From contig OY762825.2 of the NCBI GenBank assembly GCA_963666425.2, positions 1,696,001 to 1,760,000 of the forward strand: DNA of 64,000 nucleotides. The letters run 5' to 3'. Both the position numbers and the translations under genes were made by a program. Origin of the DNA: Bacillota bacterium. GTDB lineage: Bacteria > Bacillota > JAAYKD01. Under the pieces are notes generated by a model. The model saw only the letters and a program-made list of their open reading frames with translations. It did not search any database and was not told where the DNA came from. Positions 19,365-29,559 of the stretch are shown here, in pieces (position 1 is the stretch's first letter; each line of letters begins with the position of its first letter).

Positions 19365-19997
19365 TCAGACAAGAATGTTGTGACCGGAGTTCTTCAGCAA
19401 TTCAATCTGTTTTTTGGCCTTTTTATCAAGCAAGCTGCCTGACAACGCCTTTTCAAGATAACTTTCTATCTCATTGGATGCCTGATACCGATTGATGAAG
19501 ATGAGCATTGACAGGATGTCAAGAAGGATGGATTTCTGCATCGTCTCTTTGAAGGAGGCGAGCGGAATCGCGCATAAAGCAGAGCTGATTTTTGCACAAA
19601 GCTTCTGTTTATAGGGTATTATCTCACACAAAGACTGAATACACTGCCGCACGGTAATCGGTTTCTCGTCCTGCAGCAGTAATAAATAATCATCGATCGC
19701 GGCATCCAGCAAGTCCAGATTATCCCATCTTGTATTGGCAGCAAGCAGCATTGCCCCGAGGCTCCTTTGATAAGAATTGCTGTTTTTGGTTTTTTGATGG
19801 AAAACAGTAAAAAAAGGATAAACATCAGCTGCCTTTTGGGAGCGAAACTGCAGCAGTAAGAATGCTTGATATCTTAACTTATCATCTTTTTCGGACAGCC
19901 ATTCTACCAGTTGCGGTAGATCATCTGTTTCTAATTCCATTGCCGCCTGCGCGATCTGTTCTTTTTCAAGGGAACTTATTTCCTCTTTGGTAATCAT
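19365..19997 (-). CDS. HEAT/armadillo-repeat hypothetical protein
   Basis: Helical repeats (EKDDKLRYQAF, DEKPITVRQCIQSL); GGAGG RBS. Confidence 0.6.
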   Translation of the reverse strand: MITKEEISSLEKEQIAQAAMELETDDLPQLVEWLSEKDDKLRYQAFLLLQFRSQKAADVYPFFTVFHQKTKNSNSYQRSLGAMLLAANTRWDNLDLLDAAIDDYLLLLQDEKPITVRQCIQSLCEIIPYKQKLCAKISSALCAIPLASFKETMQKSILLDILSMLIFINRYQASNEIESYLEKALSGSLLDKKAKKQIELLKNSGHNILV

Positions 19998-20078
19998 TAA
20001 AAACCCTCCTGAGCAAATAATTAGCTTATTTTGTTTGTTGATTCAGGAATGAACGCAAGGAAACCCGGCGAATCAGCC

Positions 20079-20873
20079 TTAGCCCAAGGCGACATCTAAA
20101 ACCATCATGATCAAGAAACCGAGCATCACGCCTAAAGTGCCGATATTGGAATGTTCTCCAAGATGAGCCTCCGGTATCAGTTCCTCCACAACCACATACA
20201 TCATGGCACCCGCCGCAAACGATAAAAGCCAGGGCATATACGGTATAATTACGCCGGCGAGCAGCACTGTCAGAATACCAAAAATAGGTTCCACAATTCC
20301 GGACATACTGCCAAGGAAAAAGGCCCTTGGCGGACTGACACCTTCCTGCCGAAGCGGCAGCGAGATGGCGGCTCCCTCCGGGAAGTTTTGTATACCAATG
20401 CCGAGCGCCAAAGCCAGGGCGGAAGCATAAACTGCCGACTCACCGCCATGTTGCGCAGCCAAAGCGAAGGAAAGACCAACTGCCATCCCTTCGGGGATAT
20501 TATGCAAGGTGACTGCCATAACCAGCAAAGAGGTTCGTTTCATCGAGGAAGACAAACCTTCTCTTGTGTTTTCCTGCGGATGCAAATGTGGAATCAGTTG
20601 ATCCAACAGGTACAAAAAAGCGATCCCCAGAATAAACCCACCGGCGGCCGGCAGCCAGCCAATCTGTCCGTTTGCTTCAGCCTCCTCAATCGCAGGGATT
20701 AACAGACTCCAAACGGAAGCTGCAATCATGACACCGGCGGCAAAACCAAGAAATATCTTCTGTATACTGCCGCTCATGGTTTTACGGAATAAAAAAACCA
20801 TGGCAGCGCCGAGTGTCGTCATGAGAAACGTAAAACCGGTACCGGCGCTGGCCCATAATAATGCTTTAATCAT
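20079..20873 (-). CDS. ZIP (ZupT/GufA) family metal transporter
   Basis: LHNIPEG and IQNFPEG signature helices. Confidence 0.92.
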   Translation of the reverse strand: MIKALLWASAGTGFTFLMTTLGAAMVFLFRKTMSGSIQKIFLGFAAGVMIAASVWSLLIPAIEEAEANGQIGWLPAAGGFILGIAFLYLLDQLIPHLHPQENTREGLSSSMKRTSLLVMAVTLHNIPEGMAVGLSFALAAQHGGESAVYASALALALGIGIQNFPEGAAISLPLRQEGVSPPRAFFLGSMSGIVEPIFGILTVLLAGVIIPYMPWLLSFAAGAMMYVVVEELIPEAHLGEHSNIGTLGVMLGFLIMMVLDVALG

Positions 20874-21348
20874 CTCTTCACCTCACTGCCAACTTATTTC
20901 CTTTTTCCTTCTATCTATTCCGCATCATAGAATAGAACCCCTTTTAGCTCTATCGGAAATAACCCGTATTTTGTTTCTATAGAGAATAATTCCATCTGAA
21001 TCACCGAGTGACGAAGGAACGCGAGAAAATCTTCTCCGGTATCGGGAGAGAGTTCCAGGGCTTTTTAAAAAAATGTTGTGGATTTAATGATAGTGTAAGT
21101 CGAATTGCCCTACTAGCGTAAGAACGCTTTCAATAAGCTAAAGATAACGGAGTCCCTTTCTCAACCAGATCTTTTTTCGTTAATTGGGGGATCCTTTGAT
21201 GAATCCTTGATTGAGCAACAAGCGGATTTTCAGTAGTATTACCGGAACGAAGGAGAGAAAATTGCTAGCTATAACCTGCAGTTTGAACGGAATAAGAACG
21301 CTCAAACAGCAGGTTATTTTTTGATGTAAATAAGGCTGAAAATAATTA

Positions 21349-21400
21349 TTGACATATGTCATAAACCGTGTATAATAAGAATTGAAAGCGGCATATGTCA
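21349..21400 (+). promoter_or_regulatory. sigma70 promoter with two operator palindromes
   Basis: TTGACA(21349)-16-TATAAT(21371); TGACATATGTCA (21350-21361) and GGCATATGTCA (21390-21400). Confidence 0.75.
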
Positions 21401-21413
21401 AAAACAAAAGGAG

Positions 21414-21695
21414 GTGAATGACATGCCAAGCAGAGATGGGACTGGTCCAATGGGTGCGGGAGCAATGACCGGAAGAGGGTTAGGTACATGCGGAGCTCAT
21501 GCAGTAAAGTATGGTGCCGGCTTGGGATTAGCCTTAGGCTTAGGTTATGCTTGCAGGCGTGGTTTTGGATGTGGCTTTAGAAATGTTTTTTTTAATCAGA
21601 GCTCTACTAAAACACCAAAAGCAGTACTCCAAGAACAAAAAGAGGCATTGCAAAGACGACTAGAAGTCATCAATCAGCAACTAGAAAATTCATGA
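21414..21695 (+). CDS. DUF5320-like small Gly-rich protein
   Basis: MPSRDGTGPMGAGAMTGRGLG N-terminus and a coiled-coil C-terminus. Confidence 0.75.
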   Translation: MNDMPSRDGTGPMGAGAMTGRGLGTCGAHAVKYGAGLGLALGLGYACRRGFGCGFRNVFFNQSSTKTPKAVLQEQKEALQRRLEVINQQLENS

Positions 21696-21899
21696 GAAAT
21701 GGCAGGAGTAACCAGACTTAGGTCTGGTTATTTCTGTGCCTGTTAAGTGAATGCGATTTCGCTTTCTTTGCTTCCCAAAACGAAAACAAAGTGGGAGTTC
21801 AATCGGGACTGCGACGCGTGAGACATAGACAATGCAGAAGAGTTTAGAGAAAGTTACGCAATTAACAACCGAAACAAGGAAATAGAATGGAGGGTTACA

Positions 21900-22265
21900 A
21901 TGAAAATAGCAATACCAGTGGAAAGTAAAGGGATCGAATCGGATGTATGCCCGTCCTATGGGCGAGCACCATTTTTCCTCTTCTATGATACGGTCACCAA
22001 AGAAAGCTATTATTTGGATAACAGTGCCGTCGCCAGCCAAGGTGGAGCGGGGATCAGAGCGGCTCAGGTTCTGGCAGATCATGGTGTTAAGGCACTGCTA
22101 ACACCGCGCTGTGGCGAAAATGCCAAAGAGGTTCTGCACAAAGCGGAGATTTTTATCTATAAATCAATTCCCGGAACAGCCAAACAAAATATAGAGGCCT
22201 ACTTAGCTGAACAACTCCTCTCTCTCAGTGATTTTCATCCGGGCTTTCATGGTCATGAAAAATAA
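21900..22265 (+). CDS. NifB/NifX family Fe-Mo cluster-binding protein
   Basis: MKIAIP...YGRAPFF...GGAGIRAAQ. Confidence 0.85.
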   Translation: MKIAIPVESKGIESDVCPSYGRAPFFLFYDTVTKESYYLDNSAVASQGGAGIRAAQVLADHGVKALLTPRCGENAKEVLHKAEIFIYKSIPGTAKQNIEAYLAEQLLSLSDFHPGFHGHEK

Positions 22266-23136
22266 GAGCGTCAAAATTGCCGTGTTGAGTGGTAAAGGGG
22301 GTACCGGTAAAACGCTGATTGCCGTTAATTTGGCTGCAGCAGCCGGGGAATCTGTCTATATTGATTGTGATGTGGAAGAACCAAATGGTTATCTATTTTT
22401 CAAACCCGAAGCGGTTGCTGAAGAAGACATCACAGTAAAAATACCTGTTATCACTACAGCGCTATGCAATGGTTGCCGGCAATGTGTGGATTTTTGCAAA
22501 TTTAACGCGCTTGCTTTCATTAAGAATAAGCCGTATGTCTTTGAAGAAGTCTGCCACTCCTGCGGTGGTTGTCTGTTGCTTTGCCCAGAAAAAGCAATTA
22601 CTGAGAAAGAAAAGAAAATTGGAAAAATCAAAAAAGGTGTATCCGGTCGCGTCGCTGTCAATACCGGAGTGATGAACACCGGTGAGACTTCCGGTATTCC
22701 GATCATAAAAAAACTTTTGCATGAAAATAACAGCCATAACGAAGTTCCTGTCTTGATCGATTGCCCTCCGGGGAGTGCCTGCATTGTTATGGAAAGTATT
22801 AAGGATGCGGATTATTGCATATTGGTCGCTGAACCAACTGTGTTTGGAGTGCAAAACCTCAATATGGTCTATGATTTGGTCAGGTTATTCGGTAAACCAT
22901 ATGGAGTTGTGCTCAACAAATGCTTGAATGGTGAGAATCCTGCGGAAAAGTTCTGTATGGAAAAAAGTATTCCAATTTTGGGTCGGATCCCGTTTGATCA
23001 TGAGCTTGGAACGTTGAATTCAGATGCCAAAATAGTTGTAAGAGAAAGCGAGCGATTTCGGATATTATTCTCTACCCTGCTTGAAAGCGTGATGAAGGAG
23101 GTGCGACATGAAACAATTGTTGATCCTCAGCGGTAA
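22255..23136 (+). CDS. MinD-type P-loop ATPase with inserted 2x[4Fe-4S] ferredoxin
   Basis: SGKGGTGKT, DCDVEEPN, two CxxCxxCxxxC motifs, DCPPG. Confidence 0.88.
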   Translation: MKNKSVKIAVLSGKGGTGKTLIAVNLAAAAGESVYIDCDVEEPNGYLFFKPEAVAEEDITVKIPVITTALCNGCRQCVDFCKFNALAFIKNKPYVFEEVCHSCGGCLLLCPEKAITEKEKKIGKIKKGVSGRVAVNTGVMNTGETSGIPIIKKLLHENNSHNEVPVLIDCPPGSACIVMESIKDADYCILVAEPTVFGVQNLNMVYDLVRLFGKPYGVVLNKCLNGENPAEKFCMEKSIPILGRIPFDHELGTLNSDAKIVVRESERFRILFSTLLESVMKEVRHETIVDPQR

Positions 23137-23995
23137 AGGCGGCACTGGCAAGACGACAATCGCCAGTGCTTTCATCAAAATTGCTAACGCTGCAGCTTTT
23201 GCCGATTGTGATGTTGATGCGCCAAACCTTCATTTAGTCATGTTGCTAACCTGCGAGCCAAAGCAGACAGATTATTATGGCATGCCAAAAGCCAGGATAG
23301 AGATCAAAAAGTGTACCGCTTGCGGAAAATGTGAAGAGTTTTGCCGGTTTCAGGCAATTTCCTCCCTTGGAGGGTATAAAGTAGATCCATTTGCCTGTGA
23401 AGGCTGTGGTGTTTGTGCAGTAATTTGTCCAGCGGAAGCTATTCTATTAAGACCCACGATAGCGGGGAAGATGATGTTGTATACGGATAACGGTAAAGTT
23501 TTCTCGACAGCACAATTAAAAATGGGCAGCGGTACTTCGGGAATGCTTGTCACCAAGGTGAAAAATCAAATGAAATCAGCCTCGGCGCCAGCTACCGAGT
23601 TAGCGATCATCGACGGTTCACCGGGAATTGGCTGTCCGGTCATTGCTTCCCTCAGTGGTATTGATATGGTCTTGATTGTTGCGGAACCATCCATCTCCGG
23701 GATCAGCGACATGGAACGCATTATAAAAACTGCCGAGACATTCCAGACCAAGATCGGGGTCTGTGTCAATAAACAGGATACCAATCTCGCGAATACGGAA
23801 AAGATCGAAGAATTCTGCCGGGTGAAAGGTCTTGTGTTTACAGGAAAGATCCCCTTCGATCCGGCAGCGGTTCAGGCTATCAACCAGGGGATGACGATCG
23901 TCGACGTTGACTGTCCGTCTGGATCTGCTGTAAAAGAAGTTTTCAGCAGCAGCCTGAAATTGCTTTACAAGGAAGGCAATCAGCCAAGGGCATGA
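23108..23995 (+). CDS. second MinD-type ATPase with ferredoxin insert
   Basis: SGKGGTGKT, DCDVDAPN, CTACGKC, CEGCGVC, DGSPGIGC. Confidence 0.88.
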   Translation: MKQLLILSGKGGTGKTTIASAFIKIANAAAFADCDVDAPNLHLVMLLTCEPKQTDYYGMPKARIEIKKCTACGKCEEFCRFQAISSLGGYKVDPFACEGCGVCAVICPAEAILLRPTIAGKMMLYTDNGKVFSTAQLKMGSGTSGMLVTKVKNQMKSASAPATELAIIDGSPGIGCPVIASLSGIDMVLIVAEPSISGISDMERIIKTAETFQTKIGVCVNKQDTNLANTEKIEEFCRVKGLVFTGKIPFDPAAVQAINQGMTIVDVDCPSGSAVKEVFSSSLKLLYKEGNQPRA

Positions 23996-24104
23996 ATAAA
24001 AAAGGGTTGGCGTCCACAAAAAACTGGAAACTGTTATGGTCATAAAGATCGATATTTTCGTCTGGAAAAGCAGGGAACAATTTTTAAGTAAGGAGATATT
24101 GACA

Positions 24105-25304
24105 ATGAGTGAAAAATGTGATCAAAATTATGGCAGCTGCGGTGAAGTCAGCGAAGATAGAAAAGCAGCGAAAACGGATTTCCGGGTAGATCCGCATGAA
24201 CTGAGTCATATCAAAAAGGTCATCGGAATTGTCAGCGGAAAAGGTGGAGTCGGAAAATCTTCGGTAACTTCTCTGCTTGCAGCAGCAATGCAAAGAAAGG
24301 GATATCATGTCGCGATACTGGATGCCGATGTCACGGGGCCTTCTATTCCAAAAGCGTTCGGGATCAATGGGAAGGTATCCGGTGGTGAATTCGGTTGGTT
24401 CCCATTGAAGAGTAAAACGGGAATTGACATTATGTCTATCAATTTACTCTTGGAAAACGATACCGATCCGGTGATTTGGAGAGGTCCGATTCTGGGTAAT
24501 ACGGTTAAGCAGTTTTGGACCGATGTTATTTGGGGTGATGTGGACTTTATGTTTATCGATATGCCGCCGGGCACCGGAGACGTACCGCTCACCATTTTTC
24601 AGTCGGTAGCGATAGATGGTATTATTATCGTAACCTCTCCGCAGGAACTTGTTTCGATGATTGTATCAAAAGCGGTTAAAATGGCGGAAATGATGGCGAT
24701 ACCGGTTTTGGGTTTGGTGGAAAATATGTCCTATTTCATCTGTCCAGATAACGGTAAGAAATATAAAATATTCGGCGAAAGCCATATTGATGAAATTGCT
24801 GATCAACACCATCTAAAGATTCTTGCCAAAATTCCGATTGAACCAAAAATCTCAGCAGCCTGTGATCAGGGTACGATTGAGTTCCTTCAGGAGGATTGGT
24901 TGGATTCTATTGCTCAAATATTAGACAAAACGGAGGAGAAAGAAATGATGAGAATTGCTATTGCCGGCGAAGGTAACAACGTGACGGAACATTTTGGCCA
25001 TTGCGTTAATTTCCTGATTTACGATGTGGAAAACGGTAAAATTATCAAGGAAGAATCCATTCCGAATCCTGGTCATAAACCGGGTTTTTTGCCAAATTTC
25101 CTTGCCGACCGCGGTGTTAAGGTGATAATCAGTGGTGGCATGGGTGGCGGTGCAGTTGATATTTTTAACGAAAGAAATGTTGAAGTTGTCGTCGGTGCTG
25201 CGGGTGATGCCAAAGCAGCTGTTGAAAAGTATCTGAGAGGCGAACTGAAGACAACGGGATCTGTTTGCCACGAACATCAGCATCAGGATGAATGCGGCAA
25301 ATAG
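24105..25304 (+). CDS. Mrp/NBP35 Fe-S carrier fused to a NifX-like domain (MrpORP-like)
   Basis: SGKGGVGKS, WRGP, DMPPGTGD, ENMS; C-terminal RIAIA...HFGHC...GGMGGGA domain. Confidence 0.88.
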   Translation: MSEKCDQNYGSCGEVSEDRKAAKTDFRVDPHELSHIKKVIGIVSGKGGVGKSSVTSLLAAAMQRKGYHVAILDADVTGPSIPKAFGINGKVSGGEFGWFPLKSKTGIDIMSINLLLENDTDPVIWRGPILGNTVKQFWTDVIWGDVDFMFIDMPPGTGDVPLTIFQSVAIDGIIIVTSPQELVSMIVSKAVKMAEMMAIPVLGLVENMSYFICPDNGKKYKIFGESHIDEIADQHHLKILAKIPIEPKISAACDQGTIEFLQEDWLDSIAQILDKTEEKEMMRIAIAGEGNNVTEHFGHCVNFLIYDVENGKIIKEESIPNPGHKPGFLPNFLADRGVKVIISGGMGGGAVDIFNERNVEVVVGAAGDAKAAVEKYLRGELKTTGSVCHEHQHQDECGK

Positions 25305-25528
25305 GAGACGGTTTGCGCCCTTCGAGTTTTAAACGGATGAAGTGATAAATTGATTTCTTACATCCACACCATAAAAAAGTGAGTTGCAAGGAGCGAACCT
25401 GGAAGCGCTTAAGATGACAAATAGCAATTTTCACAAGCACGAGGCGAGTTGCTTGATAAAAAGATTCACTTGTTCTGCACTCAGAGAAGAAACTAGTAGA
25501 AACGCCGTTGCGGAATTCAGATGAACGA

Positions 25529-25574
25529 AGAGCAGAGCCGAGTGGCTGTAAAGGCAGGCACTCGGCTCTGCTCT
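25529..25574. terminator. 16-bp stem hairpin, probable terminator
   Basis: agagcagagccgagtg...cactcggctctgctct. Confidence 0.55.
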
Positions 25575-25984
25575 GTTATCGTTGAAATATGAAAATATCA
25601 ATCCACTGGATGATTACATCATGAAAAAAAGGAATGTGTTATGGCTGCTTGACGAATACTTCCTCTGTTTTTAAATATTTCACCTATCATGATTGACACA
25701 GGATCAAATTCAGTTATGATAATGATGGATGTCCGTCAAGAAGTGATCAGAATTTTTCACCAAAATTATGAGAAGCAAAAGCAGATCCTGATGCGGCTAC
25801 TCGTTGCTGAGTGGTTTCTGGTTCCGTTTAAGACATGACAGATGGAATTGCAGCTTAAGTCAGCCGGGAATAGAGAAATTGACCTAATCTGATAGGATGG
25901 ATTTTGCATAGACAAGACGGCTGTTGATTCAGCCAATAACCACAATTTTAAGCCAAAAAATACTCGATATCGTGAGGGAATTCT

Positions 25985-26677
25985 ATGAAGATACAAGGAT
26001 TACAAAGAATGACATTACTTGATTATCCAGGGAAAATTGCAGCAACGGTATTTACCGGCGGCTGCAATTTTCGATGCCCTTTTTGTCATAATGCCTCTTT
26101 GGTTTTGAATCCGGAACAAGAGCGAGGCATATTAGAACAAGACTTCTTTGGCTTTTTGGCCAAACGGCGCGGATTATTGGATGGTATTTGCATATCAGGG
26201 GGCGAGCCACTTTTGCAGGAAGACCTGAAAAAATTTATTTCTGAAATCAAATCGCTTGGTTTCTTAGTAAAGCTCGATACCAATGGAAGTTTTCCCGCAA
26301 AACTCAAAGAGCTGGTCGGCGCTGGTCTGATTGATTATGTGGCAATGGATATTAAAAATTCGCCTGCCAATTATGCTAAAACAGCAGGAATCATTGATAA
26401 TATGCTGCCACGGATTAACGAAAGCGTATCTTTTTTACTTTCAGGTGCCGTTGATTACGAGTTTCGGACAACGGTAGTAAAAGATTTTCATACAAAAGAG
26501 GATTTTATTGAAATCGGGAAATGGATCCGGGGAGCCCAACGGTATTTTCTGCAAAATTTTGCGGATTCGGGAGATCTGATACAGCCCGGGCTTCAAGGTA
26601 TGGTTAAAACAGAACTGACAGCATTTGCGGACATCTTACGTGACTTTGTCCCTTCTGTGCAAATCAGAGGTGTATAA
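25985..26677 (+). CDS. nrdG: anaerobic ribonucleotide reductase activating radical SAM protein
   Basis: CNFRCPFCHN, SGGEP, KLDTNG, YEFRTT; adjacent to nrdD. Confidence 0.92.
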   Translation: MKIQGLQRMTLLDYPGKIAATVFTGGCNFRCPFCHNASLVLNPEQERGILEQDFFGFLAKRRGLLDGICISGGEPLLQEDLKKFISEIKSLGFLVKLDTNGSFPAKLKELVGAGLIDYVAMDIKNSPANYAKTAGIIDNMLPRINESVSFLLSGAVDYEFRTTVVKDFHTKEDFIEIGKWIRGAQRYFLQNFADSGDLIQPGLQGMVKTELTAFADILRDFVPSVQIRGV

Positions 26678-26757
26678 CCTGTATCTTGTATCAGTAGAAA
26701 AGTAAAACACAATATATTGTGCTTTGTCTTGACAAGTTGATATAATCATATTACAAT
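26676..26757 (+). promoter_or_regulatory. tandem NrdR boxes and nrdD promoter
   Basis: ACACAATATATTGTG (26707) and degenerate AACCTGTATCTTGTA (26676), 31 bp apart; TTGACA(26729)-17-TACAAT(26752). Confidence 0.75.
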
Positions 26758-26850
26758 GAACTTGCTCTCGCAATGTTTGTGAGAGCAAGTTGCTTTATTA
26801 AATCCAATCGTAATAAAAACGATTTTTAAGCCAAAGGAGAGGACTGCACA

Positions 26851-29190
26851 ATGTATCAGGTAAAAAAGAGAGATGGTAAAATCACTGATTTCAGTATCAG
26901 CAAAATCTCAAATGCGATAACCAAAGCATTCGATGCGCAGAACAAACAATATAATTCTGATATTATCGATTTTCTTGCGCTTAAGGTGACATCGGATTAT
27001 CAGAATTCGATAATGAACGGACTCATCAGCGTCGAGAAAATTCAAGACAGTGTTGAACGAGTTTTAGTGCAGGCGGATTATGCGGATGTGGCGAAGGCGT
27101 ACATTTTATACCGCAAACAGCGTGAAAAAGTACGCAACACAAAAGCGACTCTTCTCGATTATAAGGATTTAGTCAATAGTTATGTCAACCTAGAGGACTG
27201 GCGTGTTAAGGAAAATTCTACCGTTACCTATTCCGTAGGCGGATTGATCTTGAGCAACTCCGGAGCGATTACAGCAAACTACTGGCTCTCGGAGGTCTAT
27301 GACGAGAATGTTGCTAACGCGCATAGAAATGCCGATCTGCATATCCACGACCTCTCCATGCTGACAGGTTACTGTGCAGGATGGTCCCTGAAGCAGCTTA
27401 CACTGGAAGGTTTGGGAGGCATTGAAGGCAAAATTACTTCTTCACCGGCAAGCCATCTATCCACTCTGTGCAATCAGATGGTTAATTTTCTTGGAATTAT
27501 GCAAAATGAATGGGCCGGCGCGCAGGCTTTTTCGTCCTTTGATACTTATCTCGCGCCTTTTGTAAAGGTTGATGCTTTAAGTTATAAGGAAGTGAAGCAG
27601 TGTATTCAGTCATTCATTTACGGCGTCAACACGCCGAGCCGTTGGGGTACACAGGCCCCGTTTACGAATGTAACGCTTGATTGGACTGTTCCGAATGATC
27701 TCGCGGAGCTTCCCGCCATCGTTGGCGGTAAAGAAATGGATTTTTGCTACAAAGAATGTAAAAATGAGATGGATATGATCAATAAAGCGTTTATTGATAT
27801 TATGATTGAAGGCGATGCCAATGGCAGAGGCTTCCAATATCCAATCCCGACTTATTCCATAACCAGAGATTTCGACTGGAGTGATACGGAGAATAACCGT
27901 TTGTTGTTTGAAATGACCTCAAAGTATGGCACACCCTATTTCTCCAATTATATAAATAGTGACATGCAGCCAAACGATGTTCGCAGCATGTGTTGTCGAC
28001 TGCGGCTTGACCTCCGGGAACTGCGCAAAAAAGGTGGCGGTTTTTTCGGCAGTGGTGAGAGTACAGGTTCTGTTGGGGTCGTCACGATCAATTTACCACG
28101 GATTGCCTATCAGGCTGCGAACGAAATTGATTTTTACAATCGACTAGACAAAATAATGGATCTTGCTGCTCGTTCATTGGATACCAAGCGTACCGTTATT
28201 ACAAAATTGATGAACGCCGGACTTTATCCTTATACGAAGCGGTATCTTGGTAGCTTTGATAATCATTTTTCTACCATCGGTCTGATCGGAATGAATGAAG
28301 CCGGTCTGAATGCGAATTGGCTCAGAACAGATTTAATGCATAAATCTACCCAACTGTTTGCGAAAAATGTGTTGAATCATATGCGGGAAAGGCTTGTAAA
28401 ATATCAGGAACAATATGGCGCGCTCTTTAACCTGGAAGCGACGCCTGCCGAATCCACAACTTATCGGCTCGCTAAGCATGATAGGAAGCAATATCCCAAG
28501 ATCATAACCGCAGCAGAACCAGGCGATCCTCCCTATTATACGAACAGCTCTCATCTTCCGGTCGGTGCTACGGAAGATCTGTTTGAAGCATTGGAATTGC
28601 AGGATGAATTACAGGTCCTGTATACATCCGGGACGGTATTCCATGCATTCCTGGGCGAAAAGCTACCCGACTGGCATTCGGCGGCTGCGCTTGTTCGCAA
28701 GATAGCTGAGCACAGCAAATTACCGTATTATACGGTATCGCCAACCTATTCCGTATGTAAAACGCACGGTTACATCAGCGGTGAGCACTTCAACTGTCCG
28801 GAATGCGGCATTGAAACCGAGGTTTATAGCCGCATAACGGGTTATTATCGTCCTGTTAAAAATTGGAATGAAGGAAAATCACAAGAGTATAAGGATCGTA
28901 AAGTATACAGTGCCGGGAAACCTGTTTTAGGACAGGCGAATCTAACACTGCCGCAGAAAGAGGAATTATTTCTATTTACAACTTCCACTTGCGTGAACTG
29001 CCAAATGGCTAAAAAAGTTTTGGCTGCTGCTAATATTACTTACAGTATGATGGATGCGAGTGAACATCAGGATTTGATTGAAAAATATAATGTCTTTCAA
29101 GCACCGACTCTTGTGGCCATTGCGGAGGGGAGTGTAGAAAATTTTTCCGGATTGGCCAGCATACAAGAGTACATTAAGAATCGAAGTTGA
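26851..29190 (+). CDS. nrdD: class III ribonucleoside-triphosphate reductase with ATP-cone and C-terminal glutaredoxin-like domain
   Basis: VKKRDG ATP-cone, SMCCR finger loop, ATPAES, glycyl-radical motif RITGYY, Zn site CxxH/CxxC, C-terminal CVNC...APTL. Confidence 0.95.
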   Translation: MYQVKKRDGKITDFSISKISNAITKAFDAQNKQYNSDIIDFLALKVTSDYQNSIMNGLISVEKIQDSVERVLVQADYADVAKAYILYRKQREKVRNTKATLLDYKDLVNSYVNLEDWRVKENSTVTYSVGGLILSNSGAITANYWLSEVYDENVANAHRNADLHIHDLSMLTGYCAGWSLKQLTLEGLGGIEGKITSSPASHLSTLCNQMVNFLGIMQNEWAGAQAFSSFDTYLAPFVKVDALSYKEVKQCIQSFIYGVNTPSRWGTQAPFTNVTLDWTVPNDLAELPAIVGGKEMDFCYKECKNEMDMINKAFIDIMIEGDANGRGFQYPIPTYSITRDFDWSDTENNRLLFEMTSKYGTPYFSNYINSDMQPNDVRSMCCRLRLDLRELRKKGGGFFGSGESTGSVGVVTINLPRIAYQAANEIDFYNRLDKIMDLAARSLDTKRTVITKLMNAGLYPYTKRYLGSFDNHFSTIGLIGMNEAGLNANWLRTDLMHKSTQLFAKNVLNHMRERLVKYQEQYGALFNLEATPAESTTYRLAKHDRKQYPKIITAAEPGDPPYYTNSSHLPVGATEDLFEALELQDELQVLYTSGTVFHAFLGEKLPDWHSAAALVRKIAEHSKLPYYTVSPTYSVCKTHGYISGEHFNCPECGIETEVYSRITGYYRPVKNWNEGKSQEYKDRKVYSAGKPVLGQANLTLPQKEELFLFTTSTCVNCQMAKKVLAAANITYSMMDASEHQDLIEKYNVFQAPTLVAIAEGSVENFSGLASIQEYIKNRS

Positions 29191-29335
29191 TCAGCAGGTG
29201 CGTTTTGTGAGAGTATCTCTTGATTTTCCGGTAGATCAAACTGCAGGTTCAGAATAATTTATATCCATCTTCTCAGACGCGTAGGTGTTACTGCAATACA
29301 TGCCAGAAAACAAATTTAAGTATCTAAAAAATAAA

Positions 29336-29393
29336 CAAACACCCCAATGGTCAGGCAGTAGGTTATACTGAATGATCAATGGGGTGTTGTTTT
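29336..29393. terminator. terminator hairpin between convergent genes
   Basis: aacacccca...tggggtgtt with flanking A and T tracts. Confidence 0.6.
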
Positions 29394-29559
29394 ATAAAGA
29401 AAATCTGAAGAATTGGAACCCGGAAATACACTGGCGAATTCCAAATGGATAAAGGCAGTCAAAGATTCAAAAAGCATTTCTCCCGGGGTTAAAAGCTTCT
29501 GCTCAGAAAAACATTGCTCGAAAAGCTGCTAAATTCACAGCAATAATAGCCAGGTTTGC

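Noticed and set aside
20880-21340. ncRNA in the 460-bp intergenic region between the ZIP gene and the NifX operon
   Set aside because: Only short repeats and one imperfect hairpin; no family consensus recognised
25740-25980. Cobalamin riboswitch upstream of nrdG/nrdD
   Set aside because: The B12-box and conserved core are not recognisable by eye; an Rfam search would be needed
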